Below are positions 12,400-25,655 of a stretch of DNA of 64,000 nt, piece by piece. The first letter of the stretch is position 1, and the number at the start of each line of letters is the position of its first letter. Under the pieces are notes generated by a model, which saw nothing but the letters and a program-made list of their open reading frames with translations, was not told where the DNA came from and ran no database searches. The stretch lies in assembly GCA_030390025.1 (NCBI GenBank), contig CM059431.1, positions 151,902,001-151,966,000 of the forward strand, written 5' to 3'. Origin of the DNA: Squalus acanthias (taxonomy: Eukaryota). The translations under genes were made by a program, and so were the position numbers.

Positions 12400-14926
12400 T
12401 GAAGGGATAATTACTACTAGTCCTAGCCCCTTTAGGGCTACCCCGGATCAGGCATATTTCTCAGATGTTCACTTTCAACTAAATTTTGAGTTAACCGAAT
12501 CCTAAAGACTAGAATTCCGGGCTATCGCTCCCTAAAGGAAAGGAACAACCCGAGAATGTTATTGTCCTCCAGATAGCACTTTTAATAAGTTTAGCTGGAC
12601 TGTAACGTTCTGGATATTATGAGGGTCCGGAAAACTCCTTCAGAATTCTGCAACTTCTCACCAAAGAGTGTGCAGAGATTCAGTTCGCGAGTTTTTAATA
12701 CAGATGTCTTATGTGAGACAATTCTAAAATATGTAGATTTATTAAAGAACCGACATGCAATTTACAGTTGGTGAGTCAATCAATCGCAACATTAACCGTT
12801 CTAAAAAGAGAAAAGATACGATCTTTTTAATGGAGAATCTTATTTTGAAATCTTAACTTCGCTACAGTATTTCAGTTCTTAAAGTTCTTTTACAGGATAT
12901 CCACCAATATCAAATACCTTTGATCCCTCAGGTACAAAGAGTTGGAGACTACAGAGCCGCCTCTGAAGCTGAGAATTGCTTTGCCCGATTAAAGCGATTC
13001 TGTTATCCCATTTGAGAGTTCAAAACTTATACCCTTTTCTAGTGGTATTTCCTTTAAGGATTTCTGCTGTTGTAAGCTAATTATCACTGATCATTTTTCT
13101 GCTGACCTCTGCAAGTCTTGCTGCCACATCCGCTGGCAGCATTACAAAATCTTGTCTCATCTCTAGGTGTTCTAAGTTTACCATATAAAATTTGTGTGAC
13201 GGTAGGTGATCCATACTTTATGTCATCTTTACGAGTGCAGATGTTCCTTGGCTTATGTGCTTCTTTACGAAGTGTAAATTAGAAGACCTTATGCAGGGTG
13301 AACATTTTTTTCGTTCCCACAAGTTCAGCTTCATCAGAGCCCTTCACCTTCTGTTTCAATAAGGTTATTTATTCAGGACCAACAACTGTCTTATCTCAAT
13401 AGCCAGAATGCTTTCATAGCTATTTCATAGTTAGGTTTCTAAATGTTGTAAAATTCGCAATTATCGCGATTCGAAATAACGAGATAAAGCAGATTCGTTT
13501 CATCAGTTTTATTTCAACAAAATGCTGTCATGATTAAACGGGACACAGAAACCTGTAAAATGGCCGTCGCGCCTCGTGGCAGAAGCTTCCAGAATTTTCA
13601 GTGGGCAGACAAGATGGCGTTCGAATAAACATTTCAGTATAAGATTGGTTAATACGCAGCAAACACTGATAAAGACAGGATGTAACCTGTCTGCATTCGA
13701 CACAATAGCAAGAGATAAGTGCTGGAATCATTTTCTATGCACAAGTAAGGACCATTGTACTGGGCCATCGAAGGCCCATCCAGATACATCTCCGCAAATT
13801 CCCCACGGCTCTACAATGAGAGAGCCATTATCGGGTGATTAAGTCAGTATTCGAGGAGGCCCCAAAACCAGTCAGGGAGACTCCTAGCCGGTTCGACAAT
13901 GGGGGAAACATTAACGGATAGTTGGCCAGTTTAAGGTGCTACCGAAACCCATTAAAGGAAAGAATCGCCCCATGCTGGGAGTTTTGTGCACCAGTATTAC
14001 ACAAAGGACAAACATCAAGATTTGAGCGGGAGATAAGGGAACACAGCACTATAACTATAGACAACAAATGTCCATCGCTCTCTTATTCTCTGGATTCGAC
14101 TCATATCTCTGCTGACTCTTGACTCGGGCTGAACTCTTGACTGTTTTATCTCGCTGATGACTGCTGAACTTTTATTCTCCTATTCTGATCCTCGGGTATC
14201 GCTCTGCTGGACGAGCAGCCTTCTGTTTTTCTCTGGACTCTGTTGACTACGAGACGAGACGAGACGAGAAGAAGAGGAGAGGAATCCATGTACCGCCACG
14301 GTCAGTAAACCCCGACTGCGCCCGATAATACAAGAAAGAACTGCAGCGAAACGAGCCGAATGCCTTACTTTAAAATTCTCCGAAGTATCACGAGTGGTGA
14401 GCATGTTTACCCAACCTTCAAATCTAGATTAGTATAGGTATTGTTAGGGGAGGATAGTTTTATTAAGGATAAATATAATGTGTTCCCCTTTTTATGATGT
14501 GCCGTGCGTTCCTCATTACCCTAGACCAAGTTTTATGAATGTATGTATACTTGTACTGTCATCAATTTGTGCCTATGACATGTACTTCATGATTTTGGAC
14601 GCCATGCAATAAAGATTTCCATTTCGTACTTTTCAACCGGGTCTATTTGAGTTTTTCTCTGCATTACTGCTCTCGCACCTAAGTCCAGTGTTAGAACCGT
14701 AAGGGCGAGTGGGTCGAACAACTCACAGGTGCTTAGTGCAATAAGGCTGGCTGGAGACCAGAGCAAGCAATAGTATTAGGCAACGAAGGCCTAACCCCGC
14801 ACAAGCACCTACGAACCGAAACCCCTTACAATTTCCAAACCCAGTTTGTCCTGTTTTAATCAGACCAGGATTCTTTCATAAGATAGTGTATTTTTCTGAA
14901 TAGGTTTAATGGCTTAATCCTTCGCA
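12400..14926 (-). mobile_element. Solo LTR related to 7687-9167, containing a second nested LTR
   Basis: TG...CA ends, perfect AGAG duplication (12396-12399/14927-14930). Its left end is the reverse complement of GTAATTATCCCTTCA, which ends the 7687 LTR. Shared GTCGGTTCTT-AATAAA-TCTA block. Confidence 0.82.
13447..14830 (+). mobile_element. Solo LTR (about 1.38 kb) nested in another solo LTR
   Basis: TGTAA...TTACA termini, ATGT/ATTT flanks, AATAAA at about 14608. Confidence 0.7.
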
Positions 14927-16063
14927 AGAGGTTAGTGTGCAAATTTAAAGCACATGGGATTGGGGTAATATACTGGCATGGATTGAAAATTGGTTAACAG
15001 ACAGGGTACAGAGAGTAGGAACAAATGGGTCTTTTTCGGGGTGGCTTGCGGTGACCAGTGGGGTACCGGAGGGATCAGTGTTTGGGACCTAGCTATTCAC
15101 AATATATATCAATGATTTGGATGAGGGAACCTAATGTAATATTTCCAAGTTTGCTGACGATACGAAACTAAGTGGGATTGTGAGTTGTGAGGAGGATGCA
15201 AATAGGCTTCAAGGCGATTTAGACAAGTTGAGTGAGTAGGCAAATACATGGCGGATGCAGTATAATGTGGATAAATATGAAGTTATTCACTTCGCTAGGA
15301 AAACAGAAAGGCAGAGCATTATTTAAATGGAGATAGATTGTGAAATGTTGATGTACAGGGGGACTTAGGTGTCCTTGTACACCAGTCATTGAAAGCAAAG
15401 CAGTTAGGAAGGCACATCGTACGTTGGCCTTCGTTGCAAGAGGATTTGAGTAAAGGAGATAGGTTGTCTTACTACAGTTATACAGGGCCTTGGTGAGACC
15501 ACAGCTGGAGTACAGAGTGCAGTTTCGGTCTCCTTAGCTAAGAAAGCATATACTTGCCATTGAGGGATTGCAGCGAATGTTCACCAGTTTGATTCCTGGG
15601 ATGGCAGGATTGTCGTATGAGGAGAGATTGGGTCGACTAGGCGTGTATTCACTAGAGTTTAGAAGAATGAGAGGGGATCTCATTGAAAAGTATAAAATTC
15701 TGACAAGGCTAGACAGACTGCATGCAGGGAAGATGTTTCGCCTCGCTGGGCGGCTCCAGAACGAGGGGTCACAGTCTCAGGATACGGGGTAGGTCATTTA
15801 GGACTGAAATGAGGAGCAATTACTTCACTCAGAGATTGGTGAAGCTGTCGAATGCTCCATCACAGAAGGCTGTGGAAGCCAAGTCACTGAAAATATTTAC
15901 GAAGGGGATAGATAGATTTCTAGACAAAAAAGGCATCAAGTAGTTGGGGACAGAGTGGGAATATGGTATTGAGATAACTAATCAGCCATGATCATATTGA
16001 ATGGCGGTGCAGGCTCGACAATCAGAATGGCCTACTCCTGCTCTGATTTTTCTAGGTTTCTAT

Positions 16064-16640
16064 GATAGGACACGCTTGATAATTGATAATACACCCTGGT
16101 TAATTGATCATTTCTGCTTGATAATTGATAGGATACCATTGATAATTGATAGGACACGATTGATAATTGATTATACACGCTTGATAATTGATAATACACG
16201 ATTGATAGTTGATAATACACGCTTGATAATTAATACTTCATGCTTGATAATTGATTGGACCTGCTTGACAATTGATGAAACAAATTGATAATTGATAATA
16301 CACGCTTGATAATTCAATATACCCGCTTGATAATTGATTGGATATGCTTGGTAATTGATAATACACGACTGATAATTGAAAATGCACGCTGGATAATTGA
16401 TTGTACATGATTGATAATTGATAATACACGATTGATAATTGATAATACTCGCTTGATTGTTGATAATACACGCTTTGTAATTGATTATACACGCTTGATA
16501 ATTGATAATAACCGCTTGATAATTGATAGGACAGGTTTGATAATTGATAAGACATGCAGTATAATTAATAATACACGCTTAATAATTGAAAGGACTTCCA
16601 TGATAATTGATAATACACGCTTGATAATTGATAGTACATG
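16064..16640. repeat. 21-bp minisatellite (consensus TTGATAATTGATAATACACGC)
   Basis: Direct tandem periodicity; gives LIIDNTR heptad pseudo-ORFs. Confidence 0.95.
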
Positions 16641-16710
16641 CATGAGGGAAGAATATAGCGAGGAATGCCCAGTTTTTGATGAATTCACACCCTCGGTCCA
16701 CAGATGAGCA

Positions 16711-19700
16711 TTTTTTTTATTCGTTTATGTTATGTGGGCATCGCTGGTAAGGCCAGCACATAATGCACACTTTATTTGCCCTTGAGATAGTGGTGGTGAG
16801 TCGCCTTTTTGAACCGCTGCAGTCCGTGTGGTGAAGGTACTCCCACAGTGCTATTAGGGAGGGAGTTACATAAGAACATAAGAAATAGGAGTAGGAGTAG
16901 GCCAATTGGCCCCTCGAGCCTGCTCCGCCATTCAATAAGATCATGGCTGATCTGATCCTAACTGCCAATCTACTATCACAGAACCATCTCCTGAAACTAA
17001 CAAAATTGGACACACGAAATAGGAGCAGGATCAGGCCACACGGCCCCTGGGCCCGCTACGCTACCCACAGGGCCATGACCGATCCGAACCTAGACTCATG
17101 TCCAAATTCCTGCCCGCTCCCCGTAACCCTTAATTCCATTTACTTAAAGGAAACTGTTTTAAATTTATGTAATGATGTAGATTCTACAGCTTTTTGGGGC
17201 AGCATATTCCATGGACATACCACCCACTGAGTGAAGTAATTGCTTCTCATCTCAGTTTTGAAAGAGCAGCCCCTTATTCTAAGACTATGCCCCCTCGTAC
17301 TAGTTTCACCCATCATCGGTAACATCTTCCCTGCATCCACCCGATCCAACCCCTTCACAATCATATATGTTTCAAAAAGATCGCCTCTCATTCTTCTGAA
17401 CAAGTATGTCTTTTCTTAAGTATGGACACCAAAACTGTATGCAGTATTCCAGGTGCGGTCTCACCAATACCTTATACAACTGAAGCAATACCACACTAGT
17501 TTTATATTCTATCCACCTAGCGATGAAAGCCAACATTACATTGGGCTTCTTAATCACTTGCTGCACCTGCATACTAAACTTTTGAGTTTCGTGCACCAGG
17601 ACCCCCAGATCCCTTTGTAATTTGGTACTTTCCAGTTTTTTGCCATTAAGATAATAACTTGCTCTATCTTTTTTCCTGCCAAAGTGCATAACCTCACACT
17701 TTCCAGTATTGTATTCCATCTGCCAAATCTCTGCCCACTTACTTAGCCTGTCCATGTCCCCTTGCAAATTTTCTATTTCCTCCTCACTCACTACTTTCCC
17801 TCCCATCTTAGTATCATCTGCAAACTTTGATATGTTACACGCGGTCCCCTCCTCCAAATCGTTAATATAGATTGTAAAGAGTTGGGGACCCAGCACTGAC
17901 CCCTGCGGAACACAACTAGTTACTGATTGCCAGTCTAAGAATGAACCATTTATCCCAACTCTCTGCCTTCTGTTAGATAGCCAATCCTCTATCCATGCCA
18001 GAATATTACCCCCAATCCCGTGATTTTTTATCTTAAGCAATAATCTTTTGTGTGGCACCTTGTCAAATGCCTTTTGGAAGTCTAAATACAGCACATCCAC
18101 TGGCTCCCCTTTCTGCACCCTGTATTTTACTTCCTCAAAGAACTCCAGCAAATTTGTCAAACGTGACTTCCCCTTCATAAAACCATGCTGACTTTGTCCT
18201 ATTAAATAATGATTATCCAAATGTCCCGTTACTGTCTCCTTAATAATGTACTCCAAAATTTTAGCTACCACAGAAGTTAGGCTAACTGGTCTATAACTTC
18301 CAGCCTTCTGTCTATTGCCCTTTTTAAATAAGGTTGTTATATTAGCAGTTTTCCAGTCTGCCGGGATCTTTGCTGAGTCCAGGGAGCTTTGGAAAATTAT
18401 TACCAATGCATCCACAATCCCTTCCGCAACTGCTCTCAAGACCCTAGGATGTAAGCTATCAGGTCCAGGTGATTTATCCGACTTGAGTCCCATTAATTTA
18501 CCGAGTACCACGTCCTTAGTGATTTTGATCGTGTTTAGCTCCCCCCCCCCCCCCCCCCTATAGCCCCCTGTTTGTCCAGTGTCGGGATATTCTTAGTGTC
18601 CTCTACTGTAAAGACTGATACAAAATATCCATTCAGTTTATTTGCCATCTCCATATTTCCCACCATTAATTTCCCGGTCTCATCCTCTAAGGGACCAACA
18701 TTTACTTTAGCCACCCATTTTGTTTTTATATAACAATAAAAACTCTTACTATCTGTTTTTATATTTTTTGCTAATTTACTTTCATAATCTATCTTCCCTT
18801 TCTTAAACAATCTTTTTGTTATTTTTTGCTGTCTTTTAAAGTTTTCCCTATCCTCTACTCTCCCACTAGATTTGGCTACCTTACCAGGCCCTGTTTTTAG
18901 TCGAATACTATCCTTAATTTCTTTACTTAGCCACGGATGACTGTCTTTTCTTTTACACCCTTTTCTTCTCAGTGGAATATATATTTTTTGGAAGTTGTAA
19001 AATAACTCTTTAAATGTACACCACTGATCATGTATCGTCTTAAACTTTAATCTATTTTCCCAATCTATACTCAATTCCGCTCGCATACCTTCATAATCTC
19101 CTTTTTTCAAGCTTAGCACGCTTGTTTGAGATCCAACCTTCTCACCCTCTAATTGATTATGGAATTCAACCATGTTATGGTCACTCATTCCAAGGGGATC
19201 CTTTACTAGGACATTTTTAATTAATTCTGTCTCGTTACACAGGACCAGATCTAAGGTTGCTTGCCCCTGATCGGTTCAGTTACATACTGCTCAGGAAACC
19301 CATCCCTAATACACTCAATGAACTCATCCTCAAAGCAGCCCTGCCCAATTTGATTTGTCCAATTAATATGATAGTTAAAATCCCCCATAATTATATATGT
19401 TCCCTTATTAAAAGCCTCAACTATTTCCTGATTGATACTCCGTCCAACAGAGTTGCAACTGTTCGGAGGCCTATAGATTACGCCCACTCGTGTTTTTTCC
19501 CCTTATTATTCCTTATCTCCACCCAAACTGTTTCATTATCCTGATCTTTTGACCCAATATCATTTCTCTGTATTACAGTGATTCCTTCCTTTATTAACAT
19601 AGCCACCCCACCACCCCTTCCTTCCTGCTTGTCTCTTCCTGATCGTTAAATAACCTGGTATGTTTAATTCCCAGGCATTGTCACCCTGCAGCCCTGTTTC

Positions 19701-22700
19701 TGTAATGGCCACAAGATCATACCCATATGTAGATATTTGTGCCATTATCTCGTCTATTTTGTTACGAATGCTATGTGCATTCAGATAGAGAACTTTTAAA
19801 TATGTTTTGTGACACTTACTTCCTGCTTTTGCCCTTTTTATTACTAAACCTTTTACTCCATACCTTCTGCCCCTTCCTGACACACTCTGGTTTTTAATTT
19901 CCCCACTGCTACCTAAGTCTATGACCTTCTCTGTTGACATTTTTATTATTTGCTTTCTTGGAACCTCTCCCCCACTAGTTAGTTTAAAGCACTCTCTACA
20001 GCCCCAGTTATATGATCCGCCAGGACTCTAGTCCCAGCACTGGCCAAGTGAAGCCCGTCCCAACGGAACAGCTCCTTCCTGCCCCAGTACTGGTGCCAGT
20101 GTCCCAGAAAGCAAATCCCATTTCTCCCACACCATTCTTTGAGCCACTCATTTAACTCTCTCATTTTATTTGTCCTAGCCAATTCGCTCGTGGCTCAGGT
20201 AATAATCCAGAGATTATTACCCTTGAGGTTCTGTTTTTTAATTTGACCCCTAGCTGCTCATACTCCTTTAACAGACCCGGCTTCCTTGTCCTATCTACGT
20301 CGTTTGTACCAACATGGACCCCGACAAGTGGATCCACCCCCTCCCACTGCAAGTTTCTTTCCAGCCCAGAGGAGATGACCTTAACCCTGGCACCGGGCAG
20401 GCACCATAGCCTACGGGACTCTCGCTCTCGGCTGCAGAGAAGTCTATATATCCCCCTAATAATACTATCCACTACCACTACCATATTTCTATTTACTCCC
20501 CCCTCTTGAATGGCCCCCCGTTCCACGGTGCTGTGGCCAGGTTGCTCATCCTCCCTGCAGTCCCTGCTCCCGTCCCCACAGGGAGTAAGAACCTCGAACC
20601 TGTTGGACAAGAGCAAGGGCTGCGGCTCCTCCAACACTACCTCCTGGATCCCCATACCTGCCTCACTCATAGTCACACCGTCCTGTCCTTGACCATGGGC
20701 TACATCTGAATTAATTAACTTCATATGTGTGACCAACTCCTGAAACACAAAGTGCAGGTACTTCTCCCCCACCCTGATGTGTTGCAGTGTCCGAAGCTCA
20801 GACTCCAGCTCATCAATACGGAGCTGGACTTCCTGTAGCAGCAGACAGTTGTCACAGATGTAATCACCGTGAGCATCAATGGGGTCCACCGGCTCCCACA
20901 TCTCGCAAAAGCAACACATCATCTGCTCCATTCTATGTAATTAATTACATTTTTTACTGTTAGTTATGGACAACTCTCTGCCCGATTATAGATGCTAGTA
21001 TCCCCTCTAATTAATTGGATTTAAATTAAATCAATCCCTCTAAATTACACCAGTTAAATGGTTTACAAACAGTCACTCTGCACTAGAAAGGCCTTATTAA
21101 CTACAACCAACAGAGTTTAAGTTTAAATAGAGAGAAATACTCACCAACCAATTACTTACCTGCTTTCTGATGACGTCACACCTCGATTATTTTTACCTCT
21201 TTCCCTCCGTACGAGTTCGGAGACTGGTCCCGCCTTATCTGATCTCTGGAGCCTTTTAAACTCTGCCATAGCCTCGCCTCACGCAGGTCCGCCGTCGCAC
21301 CAGGAAGCTGACAAAGATGAAAAAAGGAAGGCACACCTCCCTCCCCTCACTCCCTCACTCACCAAAATCGCAGCTTAGCACTCTGTTCCAAATCTGCACT
21401 CCGTGACAAACTGTACTCTAGTCTCCCTTATTTATACTGCTGAGATTTAAATAAGTGAGCTCTCTGGCAGTTACAGAACCAGATTAGACCAGTGAACTAA
21501 TGAATTACTATCACCTGCTCTCCAGCACAGAGCTTGCTTAGCCCTGCCCAAGCCTGGAAGAAACTTAAAACTTGAAACAGTAAATTTAAATGCTAATTGC
21601 AAGCACGCAAGACTAGAATTTATAAAAAAACATAAAAATAAGAGATTTACCTTTAAGATTTAAGATTTACTCCCTCACTCACTAAACTCGTAGCTTAGCA
21701 CTCTGTTCCAATCAGAGTTCCAGTTCTTTGACCCAGCAACGATGAAGCATCGACGATATATTTCTAAGTCAGGATGGTTTGTGACTTGGAGGGGAACTTG
21801 GAGTTGGGAGTGTTCCCATGGGCCTGCTGGCCTTGTCCTTCTAGTTGAAAGAGGTCGCTAGATTGAGAGCTGCTGCAGAAGATGCTTTGGCGAGTTGCTG
21901 CAGTGCGTCTTTTAGATGGTACACACTGCAGCCATGGTATGCTGGTGGTGGATGGAGTGAATGTTTACGATGGTGGATGGGGTGCCAGTCAGACGGGCTG
22001 CTTTATCCTGCTTTTCGAGCTTCTTGAGTGTTGTTGCAGCTGCACTCATCCAGGCGAGTGGAGAGTATTCTATCATACAATTTACTTGTGTCTTGTTGAT
22101 GTGGAAAGGATTTGTGGAGTAAGGAGGTGAGACAATCGCCGCAGAATACCCAGCCGCTGACCTGTTCTTTTTGCCACAGTATTTATGTGGCTGGTCCAGT
22201 TCATTTTCTGGACAATGGTGAGCCCCAGGATGTTGATGGTGGGGGGTTCGGCGATGGTAATACCGTTGGATGTCAAGGGAAGGTGGTTAGACTTTCGTTT
22301 GTTGGAGATAGTCATTGCCTGGCACTTCTGTGGCACGAATATAATCTGACACTTAGCAGCCCAAGACTGATCGTCGCCCAGGTCTTGTTGCATGCGGGGA
22401 TGGTCTGCTTCATTGTTGTGAATGGTGCTGAACACTATGCAGTCATCAGTGAACATCCCCATTTCTGACCTTATGTTGGAGGGAAGGTCATTGATGAAGC
22501 CGCTGAAGATGGTTGGGACTGGAACACTGCCCTGAGGAACTGCTGCATCGATGTCCTGGGGCTGTGATGATTGACCTTCAATGTGCCGTTTGATAGCACT
22601 TTCGATGAAACCTTCCATCACTTTGCTGATGACTGAGAGTGGACTGATGGGATGGTAAATGGCCGGGTTGGATTTGTCCTGTTATTTTGGACAGGAAATA

Positions 22701-23545
22701 CCTGGGCAATTTTCTACATTGTCGGCTATATGCCAGTGTAGTAGCTTTTCTGTAACAGCTTGGCTAAAGGCGTGGCTAGTTCTGGAGCACAAGTCTTCAG
22801 CACGATAGCCGGGATGGTATCGGGGTCCATAGCCTTTGTTGTATCCTGTGCGCTCAGCCATTTCTTGATATCACGTGGAGTGAATCGAATTGGCAGAAGA
22901 CTGGCTTCTGTGATGGTGGGGACCTCAGGAGTAGGCTGATAGGGATCATCCACTCGGCACTTCTGGCTGAAGATGATTGCAAACCCTTCAACCTTGTCTT
23001 TTGCACTCACTTGCTGGGCTCCCCCATCAGTGAGGATGTGGATATTCATGGAGCTACCTCCACCCGTCAGTTGATTAATGGTCCACCACCATTCACGACT
23101 GGATGTGGCTGGACTGCAGAGCTTTGATATGATCCGCTGATTGTGGGATCTCTTAACCCTGTCTACAGACTGTTGCTTTCGCCTTTGCGACAGGTACATT
23201 GGTGAGGATGAGGTCAAGTAGATTTTTCCCTCGTGTTGGTTTTCTCATCATCTGTTGCAGGCCCAGACTGACAGCTATATCCTTCAGGACTCGGCAGCTC
23301 GGTCAGCAGTGGTGCTACCGAGCCACTCTTGGTGATGGACATTGAAGTCCCCCACCCAGAGTACATTTTGTGCTTTTGCCACTCTCAGTGCCTTCTTCCA
23401 ATTGATGTTCAATATGGAGGAGTACTGATTCATCAGCTGAGGAAGGGCAGTAGGTGTTAATCAGCAGGAGGTTTCCTTGCTCATGCTTGTCCTGAATCCA
23501 TGAGACTTCATGGGGTCCGGCGTCAATGTTGGGGAGTCCCAGGGC
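16711..23545 (-). mobile_element. CR1/L2-group LINE distinct from subfamilies A-D (pieces 16711-16867 and 21715-23545)
   Basis: RT-like fragments VPQGSV, FINDLP, KCQAMTISNKR, LKTCAPELATPL. The 3' end GATGCCCACAT...CGAATAAAAAA lies at about 16711-16745 on the minus strand. Confidence 0.8.
16868..21714 (-). mobile_element. Essentially full-length CR1 LINE (subfamily 'C'): 5' UTR, ORF1 (Zn finger/coiled coil/SGNH esterase), ORF2 (APE + RT), frameshifted
   Basis: ORF1 20161-20931 with CxxC...CxxC, LSNRF and HVGTND, and DGLHL in the next frame. ORF2 fragments 17140-19940. GAGTT duplication at 16863-16867/21715-21719. (TTATGTTC)n tail. Confidence 0.95.
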
Positions 23546-23964
23546 CAGTATTTCAAGCTGAGCTTTCCTGCTGTCTCAACAAAACTTATTAATGTGTTTA
23601 TTTTCTAATGGCACTGCTTTCAAGTGTAATTTTTCGCTCTATTTTTGGATTTATTCGACATTAAACTGTTTTACAGCATTCTGATCATTCCTCTGCAACA
23701 TGCAATCATTCCTTTACTACTTTTAGCTGCAGAAATTAAAGTCATCATGAAAGACATCAAAAACCTTGTTATTATTCTGTGATACTGTATAATCTTTCAT
23801 CATTTATTAGATTCAGAAATTAAAGTTCATTATGTCGCTCATGACATATGTTAATCTATTAAACTTCAAAAACTATTCAAGAAAAGCCATCCTTAAAATT
23901 TTCCACGAATAGTTAATACACAAATGCTCTTCATGGGATCATAGAATCAAAGAAACCTTCGGAG

Positions 23965-24115
23965 TCAGAAGTGCAGAACCCCAATGCAGGACTTCAATCA
24001 GAAATATGAGCTGAGACTTCAGTGCAGGACTGAGAGAGTGCAGCATTGTTAGAGACAATGTGCGTTAAATGAAATTTTAAAAGCGGTACCAATCTGACCG
24101 CTGTCAGTGTCTGTG
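23965..24115 (+). mobile_element. Degenerate SINE core resembling the DeuSINE (AmnSINE1/SacSINE1-type) domain
   Basis: GCTGAGACTTCAGTGCAGGACTGAGAGAGTGCAGCATTGT resembles the core as I recall it (GCTGACACTCCAGTGCAGTACTGAGGGAGTGCTGCACTGT). Recognised from memory only. Confidence 0.5.
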
Positions 24116-24165
24116 TGGGAGAAATGTGAGCCGTTGAAAGCTGTTGCACAGAATTGAATGCATGA

Positions 24166-24239
24166 ACTCACATAGCTCAGTCGGAAAACTATGAGATTTT
24201 TAATCTGATGGATCCACGGTTAAAGTCCTTGTAGAGGTG
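24166..24239 (+). pseudogene. tRNA-Lys(UUU)-derived relic
   Basis: ATAGCTCAGTCGG...TTTTAATCTGA...GGTTAAAGTCCTTGT matches the vertebrate tRNA-Lys-UUU layout, but the stems and B box are degraded. Confidence 0.75.
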
Positions 24240-24389
24240 CTGCTTTTGAACAGGGCCCCGTTCTATTGGGTCAGGAGACAATAGGGGGCGGAATTGATGG
24301 AGAGATCAGCGCCTGCAACGTTCATGCCAAGATTACAGAAGTATTACAGGTAACCACCATTATAAAACTATTCATTGTTTCTACTCTAA

Positions 24390-24945
24390 AGTTATGATGA
24401 ACATGTATAAAACACTGGGTCGTCCTCAACTGGAGTATTGTGTCCAATTTTGGCCTCCGCACTTTAAGAAGGATGTTAAAGCTTTGCGAGGGTTCAGGAA
24501 AGATTGACAAGTATGGTTCCAGGGATAAGCGACTTCAGTTTGGTGGATAGCCTGGAGAAGCTGGGGTTGTTCTACTGACAGCAGAGAAGGTTGCGAGGAG
24601 ATTTGATAGACGTGTTCAAAATCATGAGGGGTCTAGACAGAGTTGATAGAGATAAACTGTTTGAATCGGAAGAAGGGTCCAGAACCAGAGGGCACAGATT
24701 TAAGGTGATTGGCAGAAGAACCAAATCATGAGGAAAACCTTTTTTTACACAGCGTTTGGTTAGGATCTGGAATGCACTGCCTGAGAGAATGGTGGAGGCA
24801 GATTGAATCGTGGCTTCGAAAACGGAATTGAATAAGTACTTGAAGGAAAAAAAATGTAGGGCTGTGGGGAAAGGGAGGGGGAGTGGGAGTAGCTGAAGTG
24901 CTGTCGCATGGAGCCGGCACGGGCCTCCTTCTGTGCTGTAATGAG
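24390..24945 (+). mobile_element. CR1 3' fragment
   Basis: [15 protein letters not shown] and RGDLI-like sequence, with a CR1 3' UTR whose tail resumes after the L2 at about 25655. Confidence 0.85.
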
Positions 24946-25655
24946 TCTCGGAACACGTATCCGCAGCATAACAAAGACCGCCTATTTCCACCTCCTTAAC
25001 ATTGCTCGTCTCCGCGCTTGCCTCAGCTCATCTGCTGCTAAACACTCATCCATGCCTTTGTTACATTTAGACTTTATTATTCCAAAGCAATCCTGTCTGG
25101 CCTCCAACATTCTACCCTACATAAAACTGAGTACATTCAAAACTCTACTGCCCGTGTCCTAACTCGCACCAATTCCCGTTCCCCCATCACTCCTGTGCTC
25201 ACTGACCTACACTGGCTCCCGGTTAAGCAATGCCTCATTTACAAAATCCTCATCCTTGTTTTCAAATCCCTCCCTGGCCTCGCCCCTTCCTATCTCTGTA
25301 ATCTCGTTCAGCCCCACAACCCTCGCCCCCCAGATATCTACGCTCCTCTAATTCTGCCATCTTGAGCATCCCTGATTATAATCGCACGACAATTGGTGGC
25401 CGTGCCTTCTGTTGCCTTGGCCGTAAACTCTGAAATTCCCTGTCTAAACCTCTCTGCTTCGCACAGCTCTTTCCTGCTTTAAGATGCTCCTTAAAACATA
25501 CATCTTTGACAAAGCTTTTGGTCACCTGCCCTAATTGCTCCTCATGTGGCTGGGTGTCAAACCTTTTGTCTTATAATACTCCTGTGCAGCGCCTAAGGGC
25601 GACGTATTACTTTAAAGGCGCTATATAAATAAAAGTTGTTGTTTTTGTTGTTGCA
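24946..25655 (+). mobile_element. L2 LINE 3' fragment
   Basis: IRSITKTAYFHLLNIARLR and LHWLP-like segment; L2 3' end AAAGGCGCTATATAAAT followed by (TTG)n. Confidence 0.85.

Larger units (their letters stand above)
9572..16063 (+). mobile_element. CR1 LINE (subfamily 'D'): ORF1 esterase part, ORF2 and 3' UTR, interrupted by LTRs at 12400-14926
   Basis: ORF1 motifs LSNRF, VVGDSIV, HIGTND; endonuclease and RT fragments; 3' stem-loop at about 15980-16060. Confidence 0.92.

Noticed and set aside
18541..18558. Poly-C run (and poly-G at about 47225-47239)
   Set aside because: Slippage-expanded homopolymers inside CR1 copies, possibly with sequencing length error.
16868..21714. Active autonomous CR1
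   Set aside because: ORF1 and ORF2 are broken by frameshifts and stops, with a deletion near 17400.
24166..24239. Functional tRNA-Lys gene
   Set aside because: Acceptor, D and T stems are mispaired and the B box is mutated; the other three copies are also degenerate or partial.
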